Source: an uncultured delta proteobacterium (GTDB lineage Bacteria; Desulfobacterota; Desulfobacteria; Desulfobacterales; Desulfatirhabdiaceae). From it: a stretch of DNA of 64,000 nucleotides. Of this stretch, positions 30,236 to 41,417 are shown one piece after another. The stretch is from positions 1 through 64,000 of the forward strand of contig CAVPHN010000023.1 of assembly GCA_963704205.1 (NCBI GenBank). Direction: 5' to 3'. Position numbers and translations under genes: made by a program. Position 1 is the first letter of the stretch. Every line of letters starts with the position of its first letter. The notes beneath the pieces are model-generated. The model worked only from the letters and a program-made list of their open reading frames with translations, was not told where the DNA came from and made no database searches.

Positions 30236-30865
30236 ATGACACATCATCCCAATACCCGTTTTGGCCTGCTACGTCACACGAAAACGGAATGGAACCAGAG
30301 CCGGCGGATTCAGGGTCATTCCGACAGCCCGCTGACTTTGACTGGAGAAACACTGGCCCTGTATTGGGGACAGCTTCTGGCTGGCGGAACCTGGAGCCGC
30401 GTCCTGTCCAGCGATCTTGGCAGGGCCCGGAAAACAACCGAGTTGATCAATCAGACGCTGAAACTTCCGGTTACACTGGATATCCGACTCCGGGAAATGG
30501 ACTGGGGGAAATGGACCGGCAAAACAATTGCCCGGCTTAAAGTGGAGTTTGCGGACATATGGGCGCAACAGATGCTGTCTGAATGGGATTTTTGTCCGCC
30601 TGGCGGCGAATCTTTCCAAAGTGTGTGGAAAAGAGGCCGGGAAGCGCTGGCCGTGGCATCCGGTAAGTGGCCAGGAGAAAAGATTCTGGTTGTCACCCAT
30701 GAAGGCATGATCAAAAGCCTTATTTATCATGAAAGCACCCTGTCCGATTTTCTGAAAGACACGCAATGCATCTTGCCGTATCACCTGCACTGCCTGACAT
30801 TCTTGAACGGGAAGGCTGCAGTTGAGACGCCTGAATTTTCTGAATTTATCCCCTTCATGATTTGA
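30236..30865 (+). CDS. Histidine phosphatase family protein (phosphoglycerate-mutase-like)
   Basis: RHG motif near the N-terminus (FGLLRHTKTEWN) and later catalytic His (VVTHEGMIKSL). 209 aa. Confidence 0.7.
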   Translation: MTHHPNTRFGLLRHTKTEWNQSRRIQGHSDSPLTLTGETLALYWGQLLAGGTWSRVLSSDLGRARKTTELINQTLKLPVTLDIRLREMDWGKWTGKTIARLKVEFADIWAQQMLSEWDFCPPGGESFQSVWKRGREALAVASGKWPGEKILVVTHEGMIKSLIYHESTLSDFLKDTQCILPYHLHCLTFLNGKAAVETPEFSEFIPFMI

Positions 30866-30866
30866 T

Positions 30867-31965
30867 ATGAAAATCATTTATTACTGTCAGCATGTCCTGG
30901 GCATGGGGCATTATTTTCGAAGTCTTGAGATATGTAAGGCATTTAAAGGCCATGAAGTCATTCTGGTATCCGGAGGCACACCAATGAACATGCCGGTTCC
31001 GGAACATGTTCGAGAAGTGAGCCTCATGCCGCTCACAATGGATCCGAATTTCAGCAGACTGGAATCGGATTCGGACATCGGAACGGTTGAACAAATCAAA
31101 GCCGTACGCCAACAGGCGCTTTATGATTTGTTTCTGTCTGAATGTCCGGATCTCTTTATGGTTGAACTTTTTCCGTTCGGACGAAAGGCGTTTGGTTTTG
31201 AACTGATTCCGATATTTGACGGAATCAGGCAAAGAAGGCTTTGTCCAGAGTCGGGTGGTATGCAGCCTTCGGGATGTTCTGGTTGAAAAAAAAGACACTC
31301 AGGCATACGAATCCAGGGTGATCGCTTCTGTTAAACCAGTGGTTTGATGCCCTCCTGATCCATTCGGATGCCGCAATCGTCAGACTGGATGATACTTTTT
31401 CCCGAATGAAAGATATCCGGATTCCTGTTGTCTATACCGGATTTGTGACTCCCCGGCCCCGGAAGGCGGATCGGACTGCCATTCGCCGATAAACTCGGCA
31501 TTGACGATGACAGCCGGTTGATTGTCGCCAGCGCCGGTGGCGGCAAGGTGGGCTTTGTGCTTCTGGATGCCGTGATTCGGGCCTTTGAGATGATATCGGT
31601 TGAAGCGGATATTTATCTTCAGGTATTTACCGGTCCGTTCATGGAAAGTGACGCGGTTCGGCGGCTTCAGGAAATGGAGAACGGATCGGATTGCTGTGTC
31701 GCGGTTTACTCCCGATTTTCCGGCCTGGCTTTGCGCAGCGGATCTTTCTGTCAGCATGGCCGGATACAATACCTGCATGAACATTCTGGCAGCCCGGGTT
31801 CCTTCCCTGGTCTGGCCTTTTTCGCAAAACCGGGAGCAGCGGCTTCGGGCCGAACGTATTTCAGAAATGGGCGGCATGCGGATTCTTGAAGATGCCGACC
31901 TTAAGCCCGATCATCTGGCAGGCTTGATGAGCCGTAATTTAACGGAACGGTATCCGTCCCGGTGA
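30867..31965 (+). pseudogene. GT28/MGDG-synthase-like UDP-glycosyltransferase, disrupted by at least 4 frameshifts
   Basis: N-terminal part MKIIYYCQHVLGMGHYFRSLEIC... (30867..31286). Continuation fragments in other frames (...DVLVEKKDTQAYESRVIASVKPVV, ...ALLIHSDAAIVRLDDTFSRMKDIRIPVVYTGFV, ...LGIDDDSRLIVASAGGGKVGFVLLDAVIRAFEMIS, ...LSVSMAGYNTCMNILAARVPSLVWPFSQNREQRLRAERI). The first break is at an A8 run (31286). Confidence 0.55.
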
Positions 31966-32040
31966 TTCTGTTGATCTGGACGGTGCTGACCATACGGCCA
32001 ACTGGATCCTTTCCTGGATGGCAACACAAAGGAATGACTG

Positions 32041-32832
32041 ATGCATCATCTGCCTTCGCTTTTATGGAACTCACCCTTGATGGATTTGAAACCGCGGCTT
32101 AAGGACTGTGTGGATCAGTCCCTGGGCAGGCCCGGCTGCCACTTGCCTGTCCAGGTTTATTTTCGTGCCGATGACATCGGGGCTCCTGGAAAACCGCTTT
32201 TTCGCTTATTGGATTTGTTTCTCGACTGTCAAACGCCGCTATGCCTTGCGGTGGTGCCTTCATGGCTCAGCCGCCAGCGATGGGACGTTTTTCAAAAAAA
32301 AGATCAGAAAGCTTCGGGGTTATTGTGCTGGCATCAGCATGGGTGGCGGCACGTCACCCATGAAACTCAGGGTAAAAAACAGGAATTCGGTCCGGTCCGA
32401 TCCATTGGCGAGATCCAGAAGGATATTGTCCGCGGCCGGGAGAAACTGGAATATCTGATGAAAGATCAGTTCACGCCCGTGTTTACCCCGCCCTGGAACC
32501 GTTGTGACGGCAGAACCCTGGCTGTAATAAAAAATAATGGATTCAAAGCAGTTTCGAGGCATCGTTGCAGCATGCCCAGGCCACTGAAAGGGCTGCCGGA
32601 TTTCTCTGTCAATGTCGATCTGCATACCCGCCGGGAAAACACACCGGAAGAAGGGTGGCAATCCCTCTGGAAAGAGCTTTCAACCGCGATTTCAAGCGGA
32701 ACCTGCGGGTTCATGATCCATCATCAGCGAATGAATGAAACGGCTTTTGAATTTCTGAAAGTATTGCTGGAGGTCATGATGGACAATTCCCATATCCGGC
32801 CGGTCCATTTCAAGAATATGCTCCATGCATAA
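32041..32832 (+). CDS. Hypothetical protein, possibly polysaccharide-deacetylase-like
   Basis: 263-aa ORF. Weak resemblance around YFRADDIGAP to deacetylase/DUF2334-type motifs. Low confidence on function. Confidence 0.4.
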   Translation: MHHLPSLLWNSPLMDLKPRLKDCVDQSLGRPGCHLPVQVYFRADDIGAPGKPLFRLLDLFLDCQTPLCLAVVPSWLSRQRWDVFQKKDQKASGLLCWHQHGWRHVTHETQGKKQEFGPVRSIGEIQKDIVRGREKLEYLMKDQFTPVFTPPWNRCDGRTLAVIKNNGFKAVSRHRCSMPRPLKGLPDFSVNVDLHTRRENTPEEGWQSLWKELSTAISSGTCGFMIHHQRMNETAFEFLKVLLEVMMDNSHIRPVHFKNMLHA

Positions 32833-33830
32833 GACCATTGTCATCACCACCATTTATCCGGCATCGCCATCGGTCCGCAAATGGACAACTTTTACAGACT
32901 GGAAAGTGGTGGTCGCCGGTGACAAAAAAACACCCGTGGACTGGAAGTGCCTCCCGGCTACGTATCTGTCTGTAGCGGATCAGGAAAGTGCGCAATTTCG
33001 GATCGCCCGAAAGCTTCCCTGGAATCACTATGCGCGAAAACTCATGGGATATCTGGTTGCCATTCAACATGGCGCTGAAATCATAATGGATACCGATGAC
33101 GACAATATGCCCAATTCGGACTGGTCCATTCCCGAATTTCACGGCAACTACTTGATGACCCTGCCTGGCAATGGGCTTTGTAAATGTGTATCGTTATTTT
33201 ACGGATCAGCACATCTGGCCCAGAGGCTTTCCGCTGAACCGGGTCTGTGATCCGGCTTCGCGCTTGGCCGCCGATTCCATGCAGACAGCGCCGGTCAGGA
33301 TCGGGATCTGGCAGGGACTTGCTGATGGAGATCCGGATGTGGATGCCATCTATCGAATGACCGTAAATACACCCTGTTTTTTTGACGCTAAAAGTCCCGT
33401 GGTTCTGAATACGGGGACGGTATCTCCCATTAATTCCCAGAATACCGCCTTTATCAAGCCCGTATTTGCGCTGCTGTATCTGCCGGCTTCGGTCAGTTTC
33501 CGGTCCACCGATATTATCCGGGGGCTGGTGGCTCAGCCGATCCTCTGGAGCGCGGGCTATTCACTGGGGTTTACCGGGGCAACCGTTGTTCAGAACCGTA
33601 ATGAGCACAATTATCTGTCTGATTTTGAATCGGAAATCCCCTGTTACCTTTATCCGGAAAAAATCATTGATTTGGTTGAAGGGGCGGTTTCATCCCGGTT
33701 TACCATTGAAGACAATCTTATTAGCGCTTATGAAAGTCTGATTCGACATGACCTGGTCCCAAAACGGGAGATGGATCTGGTCCTGGCATGGGTGCAGGAT
33801 ATTCAGGATTTGGCTGGAAACAAGCCGTGA
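32825..33830 (+). CDS. Putative glycosyltransferase of the DUF288/STELLO-like family (frameshift near 33170-33250)
   Basis: Two overlapping ORFs (32825..33250 and 33171..33830). N-terminal IVITTIYP motif and a DxD-like region (IIMDTDDDN). Family assignment from memory; moderate confidence. Confidence 0.5.
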
Positions 33831-34673
33831 ATGGATTTCACTTCAGGCGCCATGCTGATTACGGATCTGGACGGGACCCTGCTGGGTTCAAACGGAAGTC
33901 TGACAAAGCAGGATCAGGATGCCCTTCTCTGTCTGGGGAATAAAGGGATTGTCCGGGTGATTGCAACGGGACGCTCCCTGTATTCCTTTAGAGCTGTCGC
34001 CGGAAAAGACATGCCGGTGGACTATGTCATCTTTTCTACCGGCGCCGGTGTCATCACGTTTCCGGATGGCCGGCTGATTCGAAATATTCACCTGGATTCC
34101 GGGGCGGTTTTATCCGCTGTCCGGATTTTTATGGAATTTGAACTCGATTTCATGGTGCATCAACCCATTCCGGATAATCACCGGTTTGCCTATTACTGGA
34201 CCGGCCGGGACAATCCTGATTTTCACAGGAGGCTTGGCCGTTACGGCGAATTCTGTCAACCGCTTAATAATGCGTTTTCAAATATCGGATCCGCTTCTCA
34301 GTTGCTTGCCGTGGTCAATCATGATAACAGTGCATCCGTGCTGACGGCTTTACAATCGAAATTGCCGGGTTACAGCGTCATTCGATCTACTTCGCCACTG
34401 GATGGCAAATCCACATGGATTGAGGTTTTTGCACCTGGCGTCAGTAAAAGCCAGTGCGCTGCATGGCTTGCCGACCGGTTGAATATCAGCAAGGAACTTG
34501 TTCTGGCCGTGGGCAATGATTATAATGACCTGGATATGCTTGAATGGGCCGGGACCGCTTTTCTGGTTGACAATGCTCCTGATTTGCTGAAAAACCGATT
34601 TGCGTCTGTGGCGTCCCACAATCACAGCGGTGTGGCGGAAGCAATTCGCATGTGGCTTGCCATAGATGGTTAG
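33831..34673 (+). CDS. HAD-IIB (Cof-type) phosphatase
   Basis: HAD motif I (LITDLDGTLL). Cof-like cap region and C-terminal GNDYNDLDML motif. 280 aa. Confidence 0.8.
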   Translation: MDFTSGAMLITDLDGTLLGSNGSLTKQDQDALLCLGNKGIVRVIATGRSLYSFRAVAGKDMPVDYVIFSTGAGVITFPDGRLIRNIHLDSGAVLSAVRIFMEFELDFMVHQPIPDNHRFAYYWTGRDNPDFHRRLGRYGEFCQPLNNAFSNIGSASQLLAVVNHDNSASVLTALQSKLPGYSVIRSTSPLDGKSTWIEVFAPGVSKSQCAAWLADRLNISKELVLAVGNDYNDLDMLEWAGTAFLVDNAPDLLKNRFASVASHNHSGVAEAIRMWLAIDG

Positions 34674-34739
34674 CGGCCTGAAATGAGAATTCGTCAGATT
34701 GAAATAAATGATTCATGTCAGTAAATACAGTCTCTCAAA

Positions 34740-36149
34740 ATGGACGAAACGCCAAAAAGGAGGTTTAACGTGACTGAACATTCCTATAAGATGTCAAAGG
34801 ATTTTGAAAAAGCCCTGAATGTGGGCAGACCCCCCAGCATTGTTCAGCTTTTTCCCAATTCAAAAGCGCTGATTGTCAGTGGAAAATATGTTGACCGGGC
34901 CATGCTGGCAAAAGGCAAAGCGATCTCAATTGCGGCAAACGGAAGAAGCATTTTTGTCATTCGGGGTGCGCTTGCCGCCGCCCAGCGGGCCGATTCAGTC
35001 ATCATCATCGAGATCGCCAAGTCAGAAGGAACTTACTGCGCGGTCAATTTCTGGAACATCGCCCGCCAGGTGGACGCCCTTTGCAATGAGATGGGGATTA
35101 CCATTCCGGTAGCGATTCATGCGGACCATTATGGAATCAAGTCCCAGGCCGATATTGCGCAGGCCATGGTTGAGATCCCGACCGCTTTTGAAGCTGGTAT
35201 CACTTCCATTGCCGTTGATGCCTCTCACATGCCGGATGACCAGAACCTGATGGCAAATCTTGCGCTGTATCCTTTTATTCCCAAGTGGGCAGGGCTTGAA
35301 ACAGAGGTGGGTGAAATTAAAGGCAAAACCGGGCTGTCAACAGTTGATGAGGCTCAGTTTCTCATTCGGGGATTAAACGCGCATGACATCTTCCCGGATT
35401 GGATTGCATTGAATAACGGAACCACCCATGGCATCGAGGCCAGCGACCAGGGGATCCAGGTTGAGCTGACCCGGAGCATCCATGAGGCGCTGTCGCCTTA
35501 CAGCATTTCAGGGGCCCAGCATGGCACATCAGGGAACAGTTCGGATCGCCTCAGGGAAATTGCCGACCTGACCCGGACCACCAAGGCCAATGTTGCCACA
35601 GCCCTTCAGATGATTTCCTGGGGACTTGAAGTCAATGATTATGGAAACGCCATTCTGGACCCGGATGGTAAATTCATCAAGGTTAAGGGACAGGGCGTTA
35701 CCGAAGAGATGTGGCAGGAAATGGTGGCATATGCGGATGCCAAGGGCCTAAAAAAAGGCGACTATAAAAAACTGAACCTTCCGTTTGAAAGTAAACTCCT
35801 CGCCCAGCCAAAAGCAATTCGCGACCGCATGTCCAAACGGGTGGAAGACTTTGTTTATCAGATGCTGATGACGGTGTTTAACGCCGGCGGCACGGCGCCG
35901 CTGGCCATTGATGCCATTCTCGGGGCGAATTCTTATGATCCGGGCCAAAAGCCGGCCGGATTGAAGATCCGGCAGAATGGACACCTGAAAAAATTGCTGT
36001 CCGGGTTTTATCTGTTGAAGCGGATAAGGGCGCCAAAGGCAATTTTGATGATTAATGCTTTTATGTTCCGGCCTTGGAACCTTTGGCGACAAGCGTTGGT
36101 CATTGCGGCGTACGATTCGTGCGCTGCAATGACCAGGGAAGAAGCTTAA
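34740..36149 (+). CDS. Class II fructose/ketose-bisphosphate aldolase family protein (long form; C-terminus possibly frameshifted)
   Basis: Class II aldolase zinc/substrate motifs (VAIHADHYG, AVDASHM, TTHGIE, GAQHGTSG). The last 60 or so residues look non-native (possible indel). Confidence 0.7.
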   Translation: MDETPKRRFNVTEHSYKMSKDFEKALNVGRPPSIVQLFPNSKALIVSGKYVDRAMLAKGKAISIAANGRSIFVIRGALAAAQRADSVIIIEIAKSEGTYCAVNFWNIARQVDALCNEMGITIPVAIHADHYGIKSQADIAQAMVEIPTAFEAGITSIAVDASHMPDDQNLMANLALYPFIPKWAGLETEVGEIKGKTGLSTVDEAQFLIRGLNAHDIFPDWIALNNGTTHGIEASDQGIQVELTRSIHEALSPYSISGAQHGTSGNSSDRLREIADLTRTTKANVATALQMISWGLEVNDYGNAILDPDGKFIKVKGQGVTEEMWQEMVAYADAKGLKKGDYKKLNLPFESKLLAQPKAIRDRMSKRVEDFVYQMLMTVFNAGGTAPLAIDAILGANSYDPGQKPAGLKIRQNGHLKKLLSGFYLLKRIRAPKAILMINAFMFRPWNLWRQALVIAAYDSCAAMTREEA

Positions 36150-36198
36150 CGCAGATATTGGACTTTTTACCAAGCCATCAACAATTCAGGAGATTCGT

Positions 36199-36522
36199 AT
36201 GTCTGAGAAAATGATCATTCCCGATGAGTTCCAAGGATCTATCAGGCGGCTGTTGAACCGGGTTCCATCCGAGCAGCGGGATGACGAAACCCTTCAAGCC
36301 GCCCTGCTGGTGTATTTGAAGCTGGGCGGAGAAAAACTGGCCCGTCATTACATTGAAGTATCCAAAAAAACATTTCCGGACCAGACGGTTCTGGTCAAAA
36401 AGCAGTTTCGCGATGGGGTTGACGAAGATGAAGATTCGGATGGGGACAACCCGGATGATGCTGAAAGAGATGAAAAATACGCTGCTGATTTCAATAAACC
36501 GGATGCTGATGCTGAAGAATAA
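36199..36522 (+). CDS. Acidic hypothetical protein (107 aa)
   Basis: ORF with SD (CAGGAG) upstream. Highly acidic C-terminal tail (DEDEDSDGDNPDDAERDE). Confidence 0.4.
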   Translation: MSEKMIIPDEFQGSIRRLLNRVPSEQRDDETLQAALLVYLKLGGEKLARHYIEVSKKTFPDQTVLVKKQFRDGVDEDEDSDGDNPDDAERDEKYAADFNKPDADAEE

Positions 36523-36562
36523 GTCTGATTCAGTTCATTTATTACCTGTTGCCACCGCCGTA

Positions 36563-37871
36563 TCAGGTCAGCCGAACCCTGACGGAGCGTGCGTGGGCGC
36601 CGAGCCCTTCGATTTCCGCCAGCCGGATGATATCCGGCGCCTCCTGCCTGAAAGCCGCTTCTGAATAGTGAATCAAACTGGTTTTTTTAATAAAATGGTC
36701 CACGGAGAGCGCAGAAGAGAACCGGGCCGTTCCTGATGTGGGCAGCACATGATTGGGTCCTGCGATGTAATCCCCAACGGGTTCAGGCGTATAATGTCCC
36801 ATGAAAACGGCCCCGGCGTTTCGAATGCGTTCGATATATTCCAGCGGAGAATTCAAATGCAGTTCAAGATGCTCCGGCGCAATGGCATTGGCAAGGTCGA
36901 ATGCAGCAGTAATGTCTTTAACCACAAATACAGCGCCATAGTTTTTAAGCGATTCTTCGGCAATGTCCTGACGCGTCAAATCCGTCAACTGTCTACTGAC
37001 TGCTTCAGCAACCTGTTTGGCCACTTTTCGTGAAGGGGTAACCAGTATGGCGGATGCCATCGGGTCGTGTTCGGCCTGAGACAGCAGGTCTGCTGCAGTA
37101 AATTCTGGATTTGCGGATTCATCGGCAATGATCAGAATCTCACTCGGGCCTGCGATCATGTCAATGCCGACAGCCCCTGCAACCATTTTTTTGGCAAGGG
37201 TGACGTAAATATTTCCTGGCCCCACGATGACATCGCATTTAGGAACCGTGCCTGTGCCATAAGCCATTGCGGCGATTGCCCAGGCGCTGCCGACCTTGTA
37301 AACCGCATCGATCCCGACCCGTTTTGCAGCAATCAGAATATGGGGATTGACTGCCCCGTCCGGAGTTGATGGCGTCGCCATGACAAGGGTGGACACGCCG
37401 GCGATTCTGGCCGGAATGGCGCACATCAAAACTGTCGAAACCAGACGGCGTTTTGCCGGCTGTACCGCCGGGAACATATATTCCAGCGGTACTCACGGGA
37501 TTTACGATCTGTCCCAAAAGCGTTCCGGGCCTCGGGGTATCAATCCAGGATTTTGAAGACTGGTTCCGGTGAAAGCATTCGATTTGGGATGCGGCGCGGT
37601 CCAGGGATTCCATGAATTCCGGACTTACCTTAAGAGCTGCTTCTTCAAATTCCTGAACGCCTGCCCGAATGGTCCCGATGTTGAGACCTGGTGAATCAAA
37701 CCGGTTTGCATAATTGATCAGTGCCGTATCTCCGTTTTTGCGCACATCTTCAAGGATGCGTGCGACAGCCCGCTGATCTTTTTGGTTGAATGATTGCACC
37801 CGGTTTTCAATAACCGAAAGCCGTTTTTCAGCTGATGAAGAAGGATAGGAAAAGATTTTCATGAAAACCAT
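36563..37871 (-). CDS. hisD: Histidinol dehydrogenase (frameshift near 37440-37480)
   Basis: N-terminal part in ORF 37239..37871 and C-terminal part in ORF 36563..37477 (...HYTPEPVGDYIAGPNHVLPTSGTARFSSALSVDHF). Together they cover a full HisD. Confidence 0.85.
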
Positions 37872-37894
37872 AAACCCTCAAAAGAGTGATATTC

Positions 37895-38747
37895 TCAATA
37901 AATTCTGTTAGACTCAAAGACCATGTCTTTGGCAACTGCAAAGCAGGTGATGGAACTGCCCTGTTCTCTGAGTCTCTGGTTGCAGTCGGCAACAATGGCA
38001 TCCATTTGCAGATCGGTCCGTTCCTGATTGATGTGAAAGAGTCCCAATCGCTTTACGCCTGCCTGAACCGCGAGCTTGAGAACATCGGTGTAAACCGAAT
38101 GCCCCCATTCGATGGTTGTCCGGTACTCCTCGGGCGTGTATTCGGCGTCATGAATCAAAAGATCGGCGCCTTCACAAAAATCCCGGTACGCTTCAAACGG
38201 CAACCCCTTGGGGTGAATATATCCGAGTTCGTTATCTGTCAGAAAATACGATTTTTTTGTTATTTTCGATAAACTTGTAACCGCTGCCGCTGTTGGGGTG
38301 GCACATCGGGATGGGAATCACTGAAACCGAACCAATTTCAAACTGGGAAGGACAGGCTTTCTCATATTCAATATTTGCCTTTACATCCGAATATCGTATC
38401 GGGAAATTGGGAGGCGTCATGACCTTTGAAAGCATGGTTTCAACAAATGTCTTCTGAAACGGGCAGCGGTGCATGAGAAGTTGCGCATCTTTGGAGTACA
38501 GGGGTTTGAAAAAAGGGAACCCCATCAGATGATCCCAGTGTGCATGGGTAAAAATAAAATGGTATTTCAGGATGTTCTCTTTCATCAGGTGGTGGCCGAG
38601 TCTGCGAATCCCTGTTCCGGCATCCACGATGATGATATCGCCGCTATCCGTTTGAATTTCCATACAGGTTGTATCGCCGCCGTATTTGAGATATTCGGCC
38701 CCGGAAACCGGGATTGAGCCCCGGGATCCCCAACATTTGATCCGCAT
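37895..38747 (-). CDS. MBL-fold metallo-hydrolase (frameshift near 38205-38235 at a T-run)
   Basis: HxHxDH motif (FTHAHWDHLMG) in ORF 38232..38747. The C-terminal continuation is in ORF 37895..38203. Confidence 0.7.
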
Positions 38748-38759
38748 GATGACCTGCCT

Positions 38760-39601
38760 TTATTCGAATTTCCTTATGCCCCAGTATGTAAACCAGATTC
38801 CGTCTCGCACCCATTTATTTAAAATGCTGACAGGCAGTTGCATCAGCCTGTTTTCGATATCCGCTGCCTCGCTGCGAAGCAGCCCGGATAAAATAAATGT
38901 GTTTTTTTCCAAAAAACCGCTTGAGCAGACCAGTCGTTTCATCACATCGTAATGGATATTGGCAATCAATAGCGACGCCTGGATATGAATAAAGTCGTCA
39001 GCGCTTCCCTGAACGGCCAGAACTGACTGCTGCAACTGGTTGAGTCGAATGTTCCTTTGTGCAGTCCTTGCGGCAAGCCGGTTCGTATCAACGGCAAGGG
39101 TAAGCGGACATCCCAGCCGGGACGCTGCGATGGCAAGAATCCCTGTGCCTGTTCCAAGATCGATCGCTGAGCATACGGGTTGGGACTGAAAAGTCATCTC
39201 CAGGGCTTCAATGCAATCGCGGGTTGTGGGGTGAGCACCGGTTCCGAAAACCACACCCGGATCCAGCGTAATTTGCAATTTAGATGACGGCGGAATGGAC
39301 GAATCCCAGGGAGGGCGAATGAAAAACCGATCGGTGCAAAAGGGTGTAACCTTATCGCCCACCCAGTCATGGTATGACATCTGATAGTGATCTATAAAAC
39401 GCAACAAAGGGGATACATGGACCAGATCCTGAACCTGGTCCAGGGACGGTTCGGAGAAAAACAGAAACGAAAATCCGTCTTCCTGCCAGTTACCAATGAA
39501 ATGTTTCAGGTCTAGGGATCTTCCCGCAGCGAGCCTTCGAGATAGTAGATGAAGAGCTCGCCGCAGGGCGGTGAATTTTCAACTTCAGCGGTAAAAGGCA
39601 T
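38760..39601 (-). CDS. prmA: Ribosomal protein L11 methyltransferase PrmA (frameshift near 39500)
   Basis: SAM-binding motif (AIDLGTGTGILAIAAS) and PrmA-like flanks. The N-terminal 30 aa (MPFTAEVEN...) are in another frame starting at the ATG at 39601. Confidence 0.7.
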
Positions 39602-39611
39602 GAATAAGGCG

Positions 39612-40316
39612 CTATTTTGAGTCCTTGATTTCTGTCTTGGGAAGCTGATCCATGTACCATTCCATGGGATCCAGCAGGGTATATCCCTTCTCTTTCAGTT
39701 TCTTTTTGACATTGACGACGTTATTGGTCAGCAGATACGGAAATACCGCGCGTTTGCCTTCTTCCCAGTATCTGGCAACCAGAATGCTGCCAAAGGAAAT
39801 TTTCTCTTCGGTGATGATATCCACAATCTTTTTCATCTGGCCGATTTTTTCTTCAACCAGGATGCAGAGCAGGGTTCCGGGCTGTCCAATCCCCAGAACA
39901 TTGACAAATGCCCTTAATAAGTCCCGAACCGAAATAATCCCCTGCAGTTTGTCTTTTTCATCAACAACCGGCAATGCACCCACGAGTGTTTTCTGAATCA
40001 GCAGCAGCGCGTCCTGAATGGTATCCATTGGCGAAAGCGTAACCAGATCCTGAGCCATGATTTCCTTGACTTTAATGGATTGGGCGGCGGCTTTTTTTGT
40101 CTGCGCTTTATCTTTTTTGAAAAAAGTTGAAGGCAGCGCGCTGCGAAGGTCACGATCGGTAATAATGCCGATCAGAAGGCCGTCCGGTTCAACAACTGGC
40201 AGGTGGCGAATCTGATACTGCTCCATTAACTCTTTTGCCTCAAGAATATCAGCATCCTTATTGATGGTAACAACCTTCTGGGTCATTGATCTACTGACAA
40301 ACATAATGGCCTCCAC
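39612..40316 (-). CDS. CBS-domain pair protein with C-terminal ACT-like region (AcuB-like)
   Basis: Two CBS motifs (VTINKDADILEAKELM..., VTLSPMDTIQDALLLI...). 234 aa. Confidence 0.7.
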   Translation of the reverse strand: MEAIMFVSRSMTQKVVTINKDADILEAKELMEQYQIRHLPVVEPDGLLIGIITDRDLRSALPSTFFKKDKAQTKKAAAQSIKVKEIMAQDLVTLSPMDTIQDALLLIQKTLVGALPVVDEKDKLQGIISVRDLLRAFVNVLGIGQPGTLLCILVEEKIGQMKKIVDIITEEKISFGSILVARYWEEGKRAVFPYLLTNNVVNVKKKLKEKGYTLLDPMEWYMDQLPKTEIKDSK

Positions 40317-40427
40317 TATGTAAAAGACGAAATAATTGACATCTAAATCTCAGTGCCGATGAATAAAACAACATAAACCCTTTGAAAACGTCATGCAATA
40401 AAACCATGGTTCCAGGGGACATGAGGA

Positions 40428-41378
40428 TTATCCTTTCAATAAAATCTCAATATGGTTATTCACCAGCTCTGGAAGCCGTTTGAGAGAATAGCCGCCTTCC
40501 AGGATAGAAATGATTCTTCCGCCGGAATGTTTGTTGGCTGTTTCAACAAGCCGTTCCATGATATAGGTAAACCCCTCTGATGAAAGATTGATGCCCGACA
40601 TATCATCATCCGCATGGGCATCGAAGCCAGTGGAGATCAGCAGGACTTCCGGTGCAAACTGATCAAACAAGGGAATAAAGTCATTGTCAATGACGGATTT
40701 GTATTCCGCGTCTCCCTGGCCCGGTAATACGGGATAGTTTCGGGTAAATCCCGTACCTTCGGCAGTTCCTTTTTCAAAAGCCCGTCCGGTTCCCGGAAAG
40801 GCAAAAGAAGGATGCTCATGGATGGAGTAATAAAATACAGACGAATCTTTTTCAAAAATATTCTGGGTTCCATTACCATGATGGACATCAAAATCCATGA
40901 TACCTACCCGCTTGATTCCCCATTCGCTCTGGATGTAGCGGGCTGCAATCGCAATATTGTTGAAGTAGCAAAATCCCATGGCGTGGTCAATCTCTGCATG
41001 ATGCCCGGGAGGCCTGACCGCACAGAAAACGTTGTCCAGGGCGCCTTCCATAACCATCTTTGATGCTTCCAGAATGCCGCCGACTGCCAGTCTGGCGATG
41101 TCATACGTCTGATAACATAACTGGTTATCCTCGCATTCAAAAGAACGCTTGCCGGACTGACTGACGGATTTGAATCGTTCGATGTAATCCTTGTCATGTA
41201 CCGATTCTATCCATTTCATTTCTGCCATGCTGCCTTCAAGGCGGACCAGCTTGGAAAGCAGTCCGGATCGCTCCAGCCCGGCATATATGACGGAAAGGCG
41301 ATCCGGGGCTTCTGGATGATAGGGGCCCGTGTCATGCAAAAGGTACCTGTCGTCATATAAAAAGCCTGTCTTTTTCAT
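40428..41378 (-). CDS. Histone-deacetylase-family amidohydrolase (AcuC-like)
   Basis: HDAC signatures (CAVRPPGHHAE, GIMDFDVHHGNGTQ, GFDAHADD). Confidence 0.8.
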   Translation of the reverse strand: MKKTGFLYDDRYLLHDTGPYHPEAPDRLSVIYAGLERSGLLSKLVRLEGSMAEMKWIESVHDKDYIERFKSVSQSGKRSFECEDNQLCYQTYDIARLAVGGILEASKMVMEGALDNVFCAVRPPGHHAEIDHAMGFCYFNNIAIAARYIQSEWGIKRVGIMDFDVHHGNGTQNIFEKDSSVFYYSIHEHPSFAFPGTGRAFEKGTAEGTGFTRNYPVLPGQGDAEYKSVIDNDFIPLFDQFAPEVLLISTGFDAHADDDMSGINLSSEGFTYIMERLVETANKHSGGRIISILEGGYSLKRLPELVNNHIEILLKG

Positions 41379-41417
41379 ATTAATCCCTATAACGACCGAA
41401 TTTGATGGTGGACTTGA

